Positions 10,898 through 23,862 of a DNA stretch of 64,000 nucleotides are shown piece by piece (position 1 is the stretch's first letter; each line of letters starts with the position of its first letter). The DNA is taken from positions 1,240,001 to 1,304,000 of the forward strand of contig CP120454.1 of the NCBI GenBank assembly GCA_034226945.1, given 5' to 3'. The position numbers and the translations under genes were made by a program. The notes below the pieces were generated by a model. That model did not search any database. It was not told the origin of the DNA and saw only the letters and a list, made by a program, of their open reading frames with translations. The stretch is from Picochlorum sp. SENEW3. Taxonomy: Eukaryota.

Positions 10898-11685
10898 ACA
10901 CCGGTGGTGATTGCTATCTCTCCATCACATGGGTTACACGTATCATGTCTTTTTTTTGTTTCATGGTCTCCCTCGTTGCGTGGTAGATTGACGTACTACT
11001 AGAAACCATTTTTCAATAATATTGTACGGACACTTCATCTTCGCGATGGTCAGATCCCTCCGGACGGATGCAACATCCGACCGTAGGTACGGTTCATGAA
11101 CCTCTATAGAGGTTCTGACCCAATTGGCACTTCTTTGTATAGCAACAATTGGTTGGTCTCCCGAGGATGGTCCTTCTCAGTGAAGAAACCAACAAAGGAA
11201 ATGATACAGCGGAGATTATCCACACGAGCATGCATAGTAGAAAAGGTACTGGGTGGTGTCCCCCCAAGAAGGGACAGGCCTGTCATGGATAAAAGAAAGT
11301 CGGAATACATTTTGAATTCGCAAACGTCAGAAGATGTACCTATTCTCCATCTGAAACTCTCAGTGTCATATTTTACAATCTGTAAATCACTTTTAGTATA
11401 AAGGTGCGATTGAATGTAAAAATTAAGCATCGTTGGGCATGAAAATGATGAGAATCCCTCCGTTCTTCCGATGAGCGACATTTCAAATTCCGAGTGATTT
11501 TTCTATGCAGGCCACCATTCATAAATGAATTCCCTTAGAAGTTATAATTAAATACTGTTAAATCCATATAGATTGGATAGATACGGATTGGGTGCATCGG
11601 CTCGAGAACGGTTTCGTGATTGAGGTGCTGGTTGGCAACTACTCTTTCTTTCTTTCTCAACGTTGGGCGATTACTAGTAGCATAC

Positions 11686-14600
11686 ATGAACGTGAAACGC
11701 ATATATATTGTTTTGGACCTCTCGTTGCTCCGAGGAGGAGATCGAGAGGAGCACCTGGGACGCGTTATTCGGGTTGTCTCTAGGACCTGGTTGCACTGTG
11801 CCGGTCAGAACGACGATGTTAGCTTTGGATTCACCCTGTATGACTCTGATGTGGGTGGGTATATGCTCAGCTATCAGATGAATATGGTAGCTCAAGGTCT
11901 CGGTACGTTTCATTTTTTTTTCTGTGTGTGTGATGGATGCTGTGCTGCGATGATGATGTTGGTTGGTGATGTGTAGGCATACCAAAAAATGTTGCGGCGA
12001 CATCTGGGTCCGACTTGAATGGGAATGACTTGGTCAACTTTTTGACGTTGATCAAGTTGGTGACGGATAAACAGGTGATGGATGAACTCAAGCTTAGGAC
12101 AAGTAGGAATTCCCGCTCCAGTGATATTCCAGCTGTGGAGACGTGTAAAGTGCTGCGCACTGTGATGAAGACGTCATATATGCAGAAGATTGCGTGTAAA
12201 GATTCGTCTAGTAGTACGGATGAATCTAGTGGCCTTCTTTTGATGTTTACTCCATGTCTTGGATCACAAGAAGGGCTGCATGGGTATGTTGGAAAAGAAT
12301 GTTTGGAGAGGTTTGGGACTGTTGCGGCTGCATTTATGCACCATCTGCCAAAGGCGATGTGGAAGTCAATGGCGTCGTATAACATGGCCTGCACGTGGAT
12401 ATGTGGGAACACGGTAGATGAAGTTTCAGACATGTTCTCACAGATTCAAGAGGAGGTTAGTTTACTATTTTCACGATTCTTATTGGTTTCTATCGATACT
12501 GTATCGGCAGAAGATATCTCTAGAGAAGATTTTGTACGTCGCATTGGTTTGCGAGTTGAAGAAGAAGTGACATCATCACAGCCAGCTGAAGGTCAGTTGG
12601 ATGACTTGTGGGAGAAGACTGCTCCACAGACTAGTCTCGAGCAATTACAAGCCATTTTGGTGGGTGTATTGCCACAGAGGTCTCCATTCAAAGGAGGTTC
12701 AAAATTTTCAGCGTTGGCGGGTGGTCGTAGGAGAAGGAGTGGTAGAAAGGCACATGTGGATAGAAAGAAGGAGCCACTGGTTGGAAGGGGGCAGAAGGCT
12801 TTGAAACACGCACGGGTCGTAGGTCAAAAGGCTTCTGAATCCGAGCAGAAAGGTCATCAAAATACGTGTAGTACCGTGAATCAAGGGAACCCTGCAATTG
12901 TGGATGTTGCTACTCTTGAGAATATTTCCCCTGTGTCTGTAGAGGATGCAATCAGGAATGCACGTGAGCATGTGTCCATGTTGAAGGACTCGAGTGTGAG
13001 TAAAGTTCAATCTGGTCAGGATGATATGAAGACAGCTTCTGATGCGCTGCAAGCGATCAATATGTTGGTGGCCAGGACTTTTTATGGTGTGGACAAGCAC
13101 ACGAAGCAGTGTGGCTCTGCCATGGATATGGATGACTGCAGGCGACAGTGCATGGATAGCATCCCTATTCCTGTTAAGAGTATTCAGGAGTTGCATAAGA
13201 GTACAAAATTTGAAAGAAAGTACGAAGTTGTGTGGACTGCAGCGATACAGATATTGCTTCGTTTCTCTTTGGGAATATTTGTGAGGAAGGAGGATGAGAG
13301 ACCAGAGGGCCTGTCGGCACAGCAATTTGAATCTATAGAAGATATGATGCACATTTTGATTGCAACCATGTCTCCTATTCCTTCTCAAGGGCAGCGATTC
13401 TTCCTGGAGATACTCAAGCCTGCTTTTAGTCCTGTTGCCAAGGAAGATATCATGGCACTCGAGAGGTCTATTTGGGACGAGGAAGATATTGGAATGGAAG
13501 GTGATGGGTCGTTATCAGAGCATCGGCTGGCAGCAGTGTCTTTGGAAGAGAGTGGTGAGACTCCTGGTGATTCAGCAGAAGAGTTGGAGCGCCAGAAACA
13601 GGATGATGAGTTGCCGCATGATGCAAAGCCATTTGGTGTAGACAGGGCGTTGAGGAAAGTGAAAAGTTATAACGAACAATCTGTGAGTACATCCCAAGGG
13701 CCCGCAGCTTCAGCTGATGGATCAGGTATTCATGGCACAAGTTCTCGAGGTATTGCTGCAGCCTCTGGACCAAGAAGTAGGGTGACATCGAGCAATCTGA
13801 TGTCTCGAAGGTTTAATAACTCCAAACAGTTCAAAATGCAAGTCAAAGCTAATCCAAATAAACTGAAGAAGAGGGATCCACCGAAGAGGAAAGATACAAA
13901 GGAATCAGAAAAGAAGGCGGCCAGAAAAGCCACAAAGGAGCAAGTTCCTGACACGCCTCTCCTGAAAAAGCAAGGAAATGAAAGTACATGTGAGCAGCAG
14001 GAAAAGATCTGCACGACTCCAAACATGTTGGATGCGAAGGATGGTGCGGATGTGATCCCAAACACATCCCCCCGAGAGCAAGGAAGCAAACAGAGCCCTG
14101 CAAAGAGGATTGGTAGCATCAGACAGCCCTTGTTTGACGACGTCGCCCCTGGTGTAATTTTACCAAATTCTGAGCCAGAAAAGAAACAGGTGGATGAGCC
14201 TCTCAAGGTCCCGAGCAACACATGGCTCTCTGGGGCAATCATTCGAAGGAAAAGGACTTGCACGGATAGTGGTGCATCAAGGTTGGCAGATATGCAGACA
14301 ACGATGCCATCTACTGGTTTCCATAAGAAAGAGTGTGATGATATGAATAAAGAAATTACATCTCCTTTGAAGATTAGAAAAAGCAAGCATGTGGATGAGC
14401 CACCTGAAACAGAACCCTCTGCAATGGATCCAGTAAAGAGTGCAGGAAAAGTCGAGGTACAAGATGGTAGAGACAATCAGAACGCAAACGTAGATGCCCG
14501 TGAGAATGATATAGAGATTTTCTTGTCACCGGCATGTACTGATGCGATGAATCCACCGCGTGAAGAGTGTGGCCAAGGGGAGGACATGTCTGACCATGCT

Positions 14601-16277
14601 GCTGCTGAAGATGACTCAGGCCTCTTCAAAGTTAACAGCGATATACAACATAATTTCAACGATGATTCTATGGCGGCTAGAAATCAATGCACTTCACAGG
14701 GTTGCTCATCCAGTCACTTGCACGGTGATGATGATGAAGGCATTACATCCCCTGCCGCAGGATGTGCTGGAAAAGAGAATCGTGGTGACCAGACACCACA
14801 GAAGGGTGCACTCACTGTATCAGATGAACTGGTGAAGAATATCAGCCCGCTGGAGAAGAGTAATGAATGCAATAAGAAGGCCCCAAAGAAGAGGAGTGGA
14901 CGGCTGGCTAAGATGCTTGCTGGACCAATGGCAACAAAACAGACACCACCAAGTGCAGCCTATGCCAAGAGGACCACCCCCAGCCCCAAGAAAAAGATTG
15001 GCATTACTGTGGAGGATAGAGGATCTCCGTGTAAGGCATCACCAGGATCTGGTTCGAAAGGTTCATGGGCCAGGCAGCAAGATTATTCTGGACCTCCAGA
15101 CTACAGCTCAGACACCGACTCCTGCATAGGGGACAGTCCTGATGCCGTTGTCGCGATGAAACCGTTAATCCAACCAACCCCGGGGGATGTATCTGATGAA
15201 GAAGATACAGCAATCTTGAACGCAGCAGCAACCGGTAGTTTGTCACCCGTAGAAAATCAGAATAACAGTGCTGTGACTCTCCCCCGTAGGAAGCGGAGGA
15301 GGTCGTTACTGGCAGTTGCCAGATGCATGAATGACCCTGAGCCTCTGAAAAAGGTGAAGAACAAACACGATACGATGAAGAAAGATGATAAAACTCCAAT
15401 GGCTGATGAAAATCAGACACGGAGTGAGCCAAAACAGCAACTTCACCTTACAGATGGAGCAGCACCTGCAAAGAAAGCAAAGAGGAAATCAACAAAGCCA
15501 AAAAAGTACGAATCCGCCGTGATGATACAGCATGCTGCGTCGACATGCCCACCTCACAAAAATATTTTTGATACCTGCAGGATGCCATTAGAAAGGGATG
15601 AAATCATCTGCTTTGTTCCATTCCACGGAGGAAGGCATCAGGTCCACTGCGTCATTGAGACGATTGAGCAGGCCCAACTGACCAGGAAAGGATGGGTCTG
15701 CACAGTTCTCGCTCGTCCTATGGATGAAGCAGACGGGTTGGAGCCAGCAACTGTGAAATTAGACTCTTCAAAAGAAGTTACTGTTGGATCACCTCTGCAA
15801 GATGCCGCTGCATGGTGCAGGGTTGATTCCAACTCACCCAGAGGAGCAACCATCCTCCAACACACCTTCAGTGCCACGGTTGCCCACAACGAAGCCGTGA
15901 AGAACGCGGGGAAATTTTCACCTCAGGATAGCATCACGGTTCTGAAAAAGAGCGAAAAGAACTCTAGGGTCGTGTTCAGTCCTCCTCGTCGACAATTGGA
16001 TCCTTGCCATCTGCAGTACAGTGGCCAAGCCTTGGCATCTGCTGAGAAGATACAAAACACACCACCCCTTGGAAACCACACGAAATCAAACATGGGCGAT
16101 ATTTCAGGTATTGAACTGTTCCCAGAGAGGCCTCAGGCCAGCCAGAAAGTTTCACCAGAAGCCAGGGCAGCAGCTGGGGAAATGCTTGGGGCTCTGTACG
16201 CAGGAAGAAATCCTCTCTGCTCGACAACAATCGATAAAGTGCTTGGCAGCCCAATGGGCAGCCCTGACAAATTCTAG
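11686..16277 (+). CDS. Treslin/TICRR (Sld3)-like replication initiation factor; exons 11686-11902, 11977-16277
   Basis: Intron 11903-11976 (GTACGT...TAG) joins the exons in frame. N-terminal RIYIVLDLS...SFGFTLYDS resembles the Treslin N-terminal domain, AIQILLRFSL resembles the Sld3-Treslin domain, and the long tail is rich in S/T-P sites. Confidence 0.65.
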
Positions 16278-16436
16278 ATAGTATTCTAGATGGTATTTAT
16301 TTGTAAAAGCATTGTATACCTCTCCTGTACTCGCATTTTTTGGTTTTGAACGAATTTCGACGGGCCACTTTGCCCACTATCAAAAATGCAGATGTGCACC
16401 GGATTCTCATGGATCTAGCTCTGTCAAGCGATATGT

Positions 16437-17273
16437 ATGGATAGAAAAGAGTTTCCATTGCTTGTAGTGCTATCTGGATTGCCTGGATCTGGCAAAACCA
16501 CGATTGCGTCTGGCCTGGCAAAGACAGCACAAGCCAATGGATTTTCCGTCCGATTGATTCATTTCGATGACGCGCTGCGTGATTCTTGCGAAGGCTTTGA
16601 TCCCAAGACATGGAAGGAAACCAGAACACGCTGTATGAAAGAGGCTGAAGAGGCTTTGAAGTCGAACAACATTGTCATTTTGGATGATACAATGCATTAT
16701 CACAGTATGAGAATACAGTGTTGGAAAATGGCCAGGCGATATGGCGCATGCTATGCGCAAATATACATGGATTGTGACTTTGATGTATGTAGTGAGAGAA
16801 ATGCTCGTAGAAAAGAAATAGCTCGGGTTCCAAAGCACGTTATGGATAGAATGAAACAGGTATTTGAACCGCCAAGGGTGGCATCATCCAGGTATCCATG
16901 GGACGAACGGACGTGTGTTGTTCCCAGGCAGCAGAAGAGTATTGATGATGTGTGGATAGATGTATTGGATTCTTGGAATACTCCTGCACCGCCGTTGCGC
17001 GAGGCTGAGATCGAGTCTGCCATGAAGCGATCAACGCACGAGTCATGGCTCCATCAGCTAGACATTGTCACGAGGAAGATCTTGGGCCAATGCCTGTCCA
17101 CAGTAGAGGAAGAAACACGAAAACGGTTTTATGCGGAATCCATGAATAAAGAAAGGAAGCTATTGTTGGCGTCCAGTCGGCAGTCTGATGCTCGTGATCA
17201 GGCCAGTATGGATGCTCAGGTACATCAGTTCCAAACCATGTGTGAGGATATTGTACGACATTCTAACGACTAA
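16437..17273 (+). CDS. PSTK: O-phosphoseryl-tRNA(Sec) kinase (PSTK/KTI12 family)
   Basis: P-loop SGLPGSGKTT, ILDDTMHYHSMR (PSTK-type DDxxyyxSMR), RNARR lid, HQLD C-terminal helix. Confidence 0.8.
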   Translation: MDRKEFPLLVVLSGLPGSGKTTIASGLAKTAQANGFSVRLIHFDDALRDSCEGFDPKTWKETRTRCMKEAEEALKSNNIVILDDTMHYHSMRIQCWKMARRYGACYAQIYMDCDFDVCSERNARRKEIARVPKHVMDRMKQVFEPPRVASSRYPWDERTCVVPRQQKSIDDVWIDVLDSWNTPAPPLREAEIESAMKRSTHESWLHQLDIVTRKILGQCLSTVEEETRKRFYAESMNKERKLLLASSRQSDARDQASMDAQVHQFQTMCEDIVRHSND

Positions 17274-17386
17274 TAATATACATGTATATCAAGACCTGTT
17301 ACATGAGAGAAAAAAAGCGATGAAAACAGGGTCATATATGTCAAACATGTTCAAATCATCAGATGTGAATGCGTCAGTCCATTGTA

Positions 17387-18553
17387 TCATGCAGCTACTG
17401 TGCTTGGTCCCTCAGACTCGCCACCACTTCCAGTGATGAGGGATTTGATGAACGCAAAGCACGCTTGGATCATTGCTACTATTCTCAAAAAGAATAGAAC
17501 GATTGGATTGGCCTTTTTAATTGCCTGTTCTTTCTCCGCGGCAGCCATTTCCTCCTGATTCACAGTCACCGTTTCTCTGGGCAACATGTTCTTCTTCCTC
17601 TCCTGCGATGCGTTATAGTTTGAGAGAAGGGAGTTGATCTTTGTTTCATACTCGGCCGTAATACTCACTCGTCTCTGTTTCGGGACGACTTCTGTTTCTT
17701 TCGTAGTTCCAGATGAAGAGTCTTCCTTTGTTGCAGACACCATGGCTGGAGCATTTTCTTCCACCACTGGTGTGCTGCGCTGAACACCAACTGGAGTATC
17801 CTCAGTCATCTCTTTGATCACAGCAGCAGCCATACCAGGATTTGGAGCGAGCGATGGAGCCGCAGCCGCAGCAGCTCTTTTGGCGCTCGCTTCTCTCCAG
17901 GAATCAATCCAAGCCCTCACATGAGCAACCCTCTTCTTCCTGTCCTCCTCTGCTTCTGCCCTTGCCAGTTCTTTCTCTGCTTCCAACACACGTCGCTGTG
18001 CCTCTATTGCCTTTGCCTCTGCTTCTTTCGCCTTTCTTTCAGCTTCTGCTGCCAGTTGAGCGGACTTGTCCTTCCATGCCCCAATCCAAGCCTGCACCGT
18101 ATTGACTCGGGCCTCCACCTCAACAGGGTCTGGAAGCACAACCTCCTTTTCCTTTTGCTCGTGACTGGTCTCATCTTTCTGTTCGGCAATTGGAGCGGGT
18201 GACTCTGGCTCGGCAGCCTTGGCAGTGTCCACCACATCAGTGACAACAGCAGCAGGCTTTGCCTCCTCCTTCAAACCCATCCTTTCCGCCATCAGCCTTT
18301 CATCCCTTTCATCGAACCCATTCGCATCTCGGATGGCCATGGCTAAACCACACAACGCTGCTCCAGATAACGCAACACCGCCAAAAACAGCTGCCAGCTC
18401 TGCAGTGGCAGCATCGGCCAGGATGGCTCTTGGCGGCAAAACTGCTCGGTCATTTCCACGCCGCCTAATACCCCGTCTCTCGCTACAAAAAGATATAAAA
18501 CGTATTTATCAATACTTTTGGCTGCATATATCGATATATGCGTGCAACATCAT
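17387..18553 (-). CDS. Uncharacterised, probably plastid membrane protein with coiled coil and duplicated WIxxW motif; first exon uncertain
   Basis: 350-aa ORF with hydrophobic segments at both ends. Acceptor TTTTTGTAG at 18483; ATG 18553 would join in frame through a 33-nt intron (18515-18483), giving an Arg-rich transit-peptide-like start. Confidence 0.65.
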
Positions 18554-19006
18554 GATTGGGTTCCGTAGAACATGAGAAATTCGAATTCGAACCAAAATTC
18601 TCGGCCACAAACCGCCCTGCAGGAACTCGTAAAACATACCTTGTAATTTTTAATATTTTTGGATGCTGGAATCCAGTCGATTTGACGACGGGTGTAGACA
18701 GATACATCATGCCAGCAAATAGTCAGAATTGCAAGGAAACTCAATCGTGCGTTGCTACGACCACTCTTTGAATAAGAAAAAAGCGCCAGAAAATAAAAAT
18801 ATGCAGCATTATAGGAAAGGCGCTACCGTGCAGCCTGTAAATACAATTCCAAGGCTACATGTGCCTCGAGACAATCGCCTCTCAATCCAGTCACTAGGAA
18901 GAAGAAGGGGGAAGAGACAATTGCAATTGCTCTGGCGAAGATCGTTACAGTACAATCTGTGCTATCAAAAGAATGCATATATCAGGTTCTACCTAGAAGT
19001 GCAAAA

Positions 19007-22000
19007 CTATGTGTGGGAGCTATGGTTGAAGACCTTGACAGATTTGGCACGAGCCCAGATATGTGTCAAGGTTGTCCTCAGAGCCGAGTTTGTGCGAGGA
19101 AGCCGTATAAGGAAAAACAGCAGCGCGAGAACGGCAAATCCATAGTATACGCCAACTAAGACACCAATATCTCTGGTGGTGTCATTGCAATTAAATCCCA
19201 AGGTGGTCAAAAAGGTCTCACCACTGATATCTGGAATCTCCAAGGTCTCTGATGTTGGACCAGATTGGTACAAAAATGTAAACGACTGGCCTTTGAGTTC
19301 TGTCGACATCATCGATTCGAAGGCATAGAAAAAGACTGACAAGTAATGGATCCATCGGAGGACTGCTGGGATGGAGTTGACGTTGACCAGGAACCCTGTG
19401 AACGCGAGTGAAAAGAGCAAGATAAAGTTCATGATGAATGATGTCTGTCCCGCGGTGTTGCATGCTATTGTCACTACCATGGATAACGCTCCCACTGCGC
19501 AATTGAAAGAAATGAGGATGAAGAGATAGCTTGCTGCATATGCAGAGCCATATTGGAAACCTGCCATATAGTAAAATGGCAACCAATACAAAATTGCTGG
19601 TATGACTCGCAAAAGCATGCCGTCGAGTGCTATCTTTGATATCAAATAACTCGATGGACGATAGAATTTTGATCGAACTTCCCTCATCACCACGGTTCTT
19701 TCATTCATCAGCAAGTCCACTGTTGTCAGAGATGTAAAGGCCAAAAATGCCAGGGCAAAGAATGTCCCACCCATTCTGTTTTGAACACCGACGCTTGTAT
19801 CATCAAGTTCATAGAATATTGCACCCGCGACGACACCAGTGCATGTTGACAGGATAACGTGCAATGTCAGAAGAGTAGGATTGCGAATGATATCAACCAA
19901 TGTTCTCCAAAACATGACTGACAGTTCTCTCCGTACATCATGTTCTGCTCGATTTTTCTGAGTCGTGTTTTCTTCTGACATTCTATCATCCGCAGATACG
20001 GTGTCGACGGTGGGCGATGGCTCTTCAGATTGGCATGCAGCCATGTCTTCATGAAGGATTGCTTCCCTGCCTTCAAACTTGATCTTTCCTGGGCTGCCCA
20101 CGGAGGAATTCTTTACTACGGCCTTGTCTCGCATCTGCTTTGTTCGCAACATGGCAATCACGCTCTCTGGATTGCTAGCAACTTGTAACATATGCTCTGC
20201 AGTTGGAGTGTTTCTTGCTGGTGGAACCCCTGCATCTGTCATAAATTGGCTTGCCTCTTCTGGTTTCCCCATGTACAAAATTCGACCATGACCCATCAAA
20301 ATAACCGTATCAAGGCCAAAGTACATGTCCTTCGAAGGCTGATGCAGGGATGCAATAACAACCCTGCCAGCTGCAGCTACTTGGCGTAAACAACGTGCCA
20401 ATGTCATTGCAGTGTAAGAGTCCAGCCCGCTGGTTGGCTCATCTAGAACGATGATTGATGGATCAGTCACAAGTTCCATCGCAATGGTGACTCTGCGGCG
20501 TTCACCTCCAGAGACACCGCGAATCTTACCAGACCCTCCAACCTGTGAATCACCCAAATGCTGGATGCCTAGCTCAATCAGGACATTTTCCACACGCTTA
20601 TTGATTTCATCTGGACTCGTCTCTGTTGGCAGCCTCAAAAGTGCGGAATACTTGACGCATTCACGAACTGTCAGGGTGGGAATGAGACAGTCTGTCTGAG
20701 GCACATAGGCAACCTGGTGTGCTTTGCAGGGCTCTCCATTGATCAAAACACTGCCCTCCAACACAGCACTACTTCCAAGGTCAATCGCAGATCCTGTGAT
20801 ACTACCCAAGAGTGTTGTTTTACCACAACCAGATGGTCCAAGAATACCGACAACTTGCCCTGCATTGATGACGCCATTGCAATCTTTCAAAACACACCAC
20901 TCCCCCTTGTACCTTCCATCATGCAATTCAACAACTTTTTGTGCGGCATCCATATGATTGGTCTTTTTGGGACGAGTAAACTCTTCTGGTACTTCTACAT
21001 CATCTGATGTCTTCAATCCAAGCTTTTTCTTCGCCTTTTTCACCACCGAATGTGTCACGCCATGATTGGGTGATGAAAATGTGTGCATCGTCCCATGACG
21101 CACCAAAGCCTTCCCTCTCAACGAATGCCGTTTTAATTCAGCAACTTCCTCAGACATTGGAACATACACTGCTAGATTATGAAACTCAAACGTGTCCACC
21201 ATGGCCTTGTCAGACTTGACATTCGTCCCAACATGTCCATTGCACGAAAAGCCAGTCTTCCAGTACTCTTTCATTTTATATGAATGGAACCCAACAAACC
21301 CAATAACAACAGCCAGAACTATGGTAGGTATTGACGCAATGAAACCATTCAAGTGGAGGTTGTCGACTGGTTGCTCTAATTCACTCGGCGGAACAACCAC
21401 TTCTGACTGCTCAATTGATGATGTCGATGGAACCAAGCACTCTCCTGTAACACACTGCGTCTCAATCCGTGGAACAACAAACCCTTCCAGTCCAAGAATG
21501 CACGTCCCATTATCTTGACACTCCCAAGTCACTTGATCATTCGCTGACTTGACAATGTTATCGATGAGCACATCATTATTGCACTCTCCATTATCAGAGC
21601 ACTCGCACACAATCTTTTCACACACGACATTCTTCCCACCTGGTGTCATCGAGCACGCTGTCGCATCACATTCCACTCCAATTCGAGGATCATTAATATT
21701 GAATGCAATGTAACAGTATTTATCCCCATCCTGCTGCAACAGTCTCCTCCGTCCGAATAAACCCTGCTGTGACCCATCCACTGCAGGTGCAGCATTGTCG
21801 TCCTTGAATCCCGTAAAACACTGCACTTTCACACTATCAGGCTCTAATAGATTAACAATCAAAGGAGGGCCACTTGGATTGCATTGATACGCCTTGATCG
21901 TGCTGGTATTCGCAAATGCAAAGTCATTTGAGCAGGTTGCCAAACTGTTCCCTAGGGACTGAACGCATTGGTCATCACTTGTACACACACCACACCCTGG

Positions 22001-22358
22001 ACCCGGCAGGCCTGGAGGACAAGAATCTGCCTGTGCCTGTACAGCTATATCACAAGAATGCAACCCTGCATAGCATCACGTCATCAATGTGAGAAGAATA
22101 AGAACTAGTCCAACAACAGGTTCGTCGCGTCCTAGAACACGTTGGTTCCCCGAACAATACCCAATTTTTCACAAAGCAACCCCTCCAAGAACCCATATTT
22201 CTGTTAAACGAGTACTTAGACCCCAAGGAATCCGCATATCCGATAGCAATCGAACCCACGCGGTTCCAACGCCCTCTCATGTCCAGGCACGCACCCAGTA
22301 CAACTGCAAGAACAAGCACAGCAACCCTTGAGACTCCATTCGCATGGTATAGTCTCAT
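19007..22358 (-). CDS. ABCG half-transporter with Cys-rich extracellular N-terminus (ADP1-type); exons 22358-22295, 22065-19007
   Basis: Intron GTGCGT...TGCAG gives signal peptide ...VLAVVLGLHSCDIAVQA. Then a Cys-rich ectodomain, TM, GPSGCGKTT, VSGGERRR, LDEPTSGLD and an ABC2 membrane domain. Confidence 0.92.
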
Positions 22359-22812
22359 CCTAAAGTAATCTTTCTATGAAATGACACTCTTATTTTGTTC
22401 TATGTCTGGTTGTAGCAGAGGAACCTCGGTGTACCGACTGACGGAGAGCAGTTCTCGAGACACCCAGCACCACCACCACCACTATGATCTCTCTGTACCA
22501 ATGACAAAATAACTTTATGAACAAAAAGTTAAATTAATGAGTAATAGAGGGGGTTCTGGGATGTATGGGGATATCTGATCATGATGTAGGGTGGACCACC
22601 AGTACGTTTGGTTGGTCATCGTACATCCGAACGACCGGTCATCGCCCCATGGCATGGATTTGATTGATCCTCTTTGAATACATTTTTTTTTCAATCGATG
22701 CATGGTGTCTTCTTTATCTCTCTCTCTCTCTCTATACATACATACACATAGTTTAATATCGATGGGCACATGGCTTTGTAGGTTTTCAATCAGGCAGTAC
22801 TTGGTATTCTGG

Positions 22813-23862
22813 TTATTCCTGCTGCTGCTGCTGCTGCTGCCCTCCTGCAGGAGAGGGCAACAGTGGTGAGGTGAGGTCTTGACCATCATTGACTTGGTCT
22901 TCTTCTCGGTCCGTTGCAGGACGTCCATCCTGCCGACGTTTCTTCTTCTGAAATATTCCAGACAGTGTGGAGAGGATTCTGGAAGACAGGGATCCTCTGC
23001 TCTTTTTACAGATCAACTGATGGGCTGGCTGGAGTCTGTGTCTGTTGTCACAGAGACAAAATACCGTCATGTATACAGTCATGATGGAACTCACGCTGGA
23101 TGATACTGCAACTAAGAAGAAGATTATGATTTGGTAGCGCGCTGCGACAGCTGGGTCTGAGCCTCCAAGGATTTGACCAGTCATCATGCCAGGGATGGAG
23201 ACAATCCCAACCACATTCATGGTATTTATTAATGGCGTCATGGCGAGCCTAAGAGATGTATACACGACGTCTTGTGTGGCTTCCATTCGTGTAGCTCCTA
23301 ACGATAACAAAAGCTCAATACCGTCTCGGCCATTGGCAAACTCGCTTAGAATGGATGTCAGGCCAACAGAGACTGATGAACACGCATTCCCCAGCAGCAT
23401 GCCTAGCAGGGGAATAAGATACTGAGGTTCATACCATGGGGATACGCCGATCACAACGATGAGACCAAATGATATCACTGCTGCACATGTAACGCCAATA
23501 CTAAAAAACACCGCCATGAATTCCCACGAGTATGCATGCTGTGGTCGAGACACGGCTTCTGCTGATGCCACAACTATCATAATGAGGCAGTACCCTAGGG
23601 TCATCCACCATAGATTCGAGGTAAATATAGGGACGAGAATCCACCCTAATACAGAGAGTTGAGATGCACAGCGGATTGCTCCAATTGCAAGTTTATTATG
23701 CAGATGTAGCCTGAGACGGAGAGAGAGCAATGCAACAGCAACAAGGGGCACCACAGCAAAAGCCAGGTAAAGAGGGCTAATGGCTATCGGGCCCCCAGGG
23801 TCTTCCTGCGGCACGTGGCTCATATTGTTTTGGATTGAAGAGGCTACTGGGGCTGCCACCAT
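22813..23862 (-). CDS. UPF0014 ABC permease (FetB/YbbM, ALS3/STAR2 family)
   Basis: IRCASQLSVLGWIL, PQYLIPLLGMLLGNA, LSLGATRMEA, VGIVSIPGMMTGQILGGSDPAVAARYQI. Confidence 0.93.
   Translation of the reverse strand: MVAAPVASSIQNNMSHVPQEDPGGPIAISPLYLAFAVVPLVAVALLSLRLRLHLHNKLAIGAIRCASQLSVLGWILVPIFTSNLWWMTLGYCLIMIVVASAEAVSRPQHAYSWEFMAVFFSIGVTCAAVISFGLIVVIGVSPWYEPQYLIPLLGMLLGNACSSVSVGLTSILSEFANGRDGIELLLSLGATRMEATQDVVYTSLRLAMTPLINTMNVVGIVSIPGMMTGQILGGSDPAVAARYQIIIFFLVAVSSSVSSIMTVYMTVFCLCDNRHRLQPAHQLICKKSRGSLSSRILSTLSGIFQKKKRRQDGRPATDREEDQVNDGQDLTSPLLPSPAGGQQQQQQQE

Noticed and set aside
11048..11121. tRNA gene
   Set aside because: The size and 7-bp closing stem fit, but there is no T-loop in a 5-bp stem, no D-loop consensus and no 7-nt anticodon loop on either strand.
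11197..11220. U6 snRNA-like GATACAGCGGAGATTATC
   Set aside because: The invariant ACAGAGA box and AGC triad are both broken, and no U6 internal stem-loop or T-run follows.
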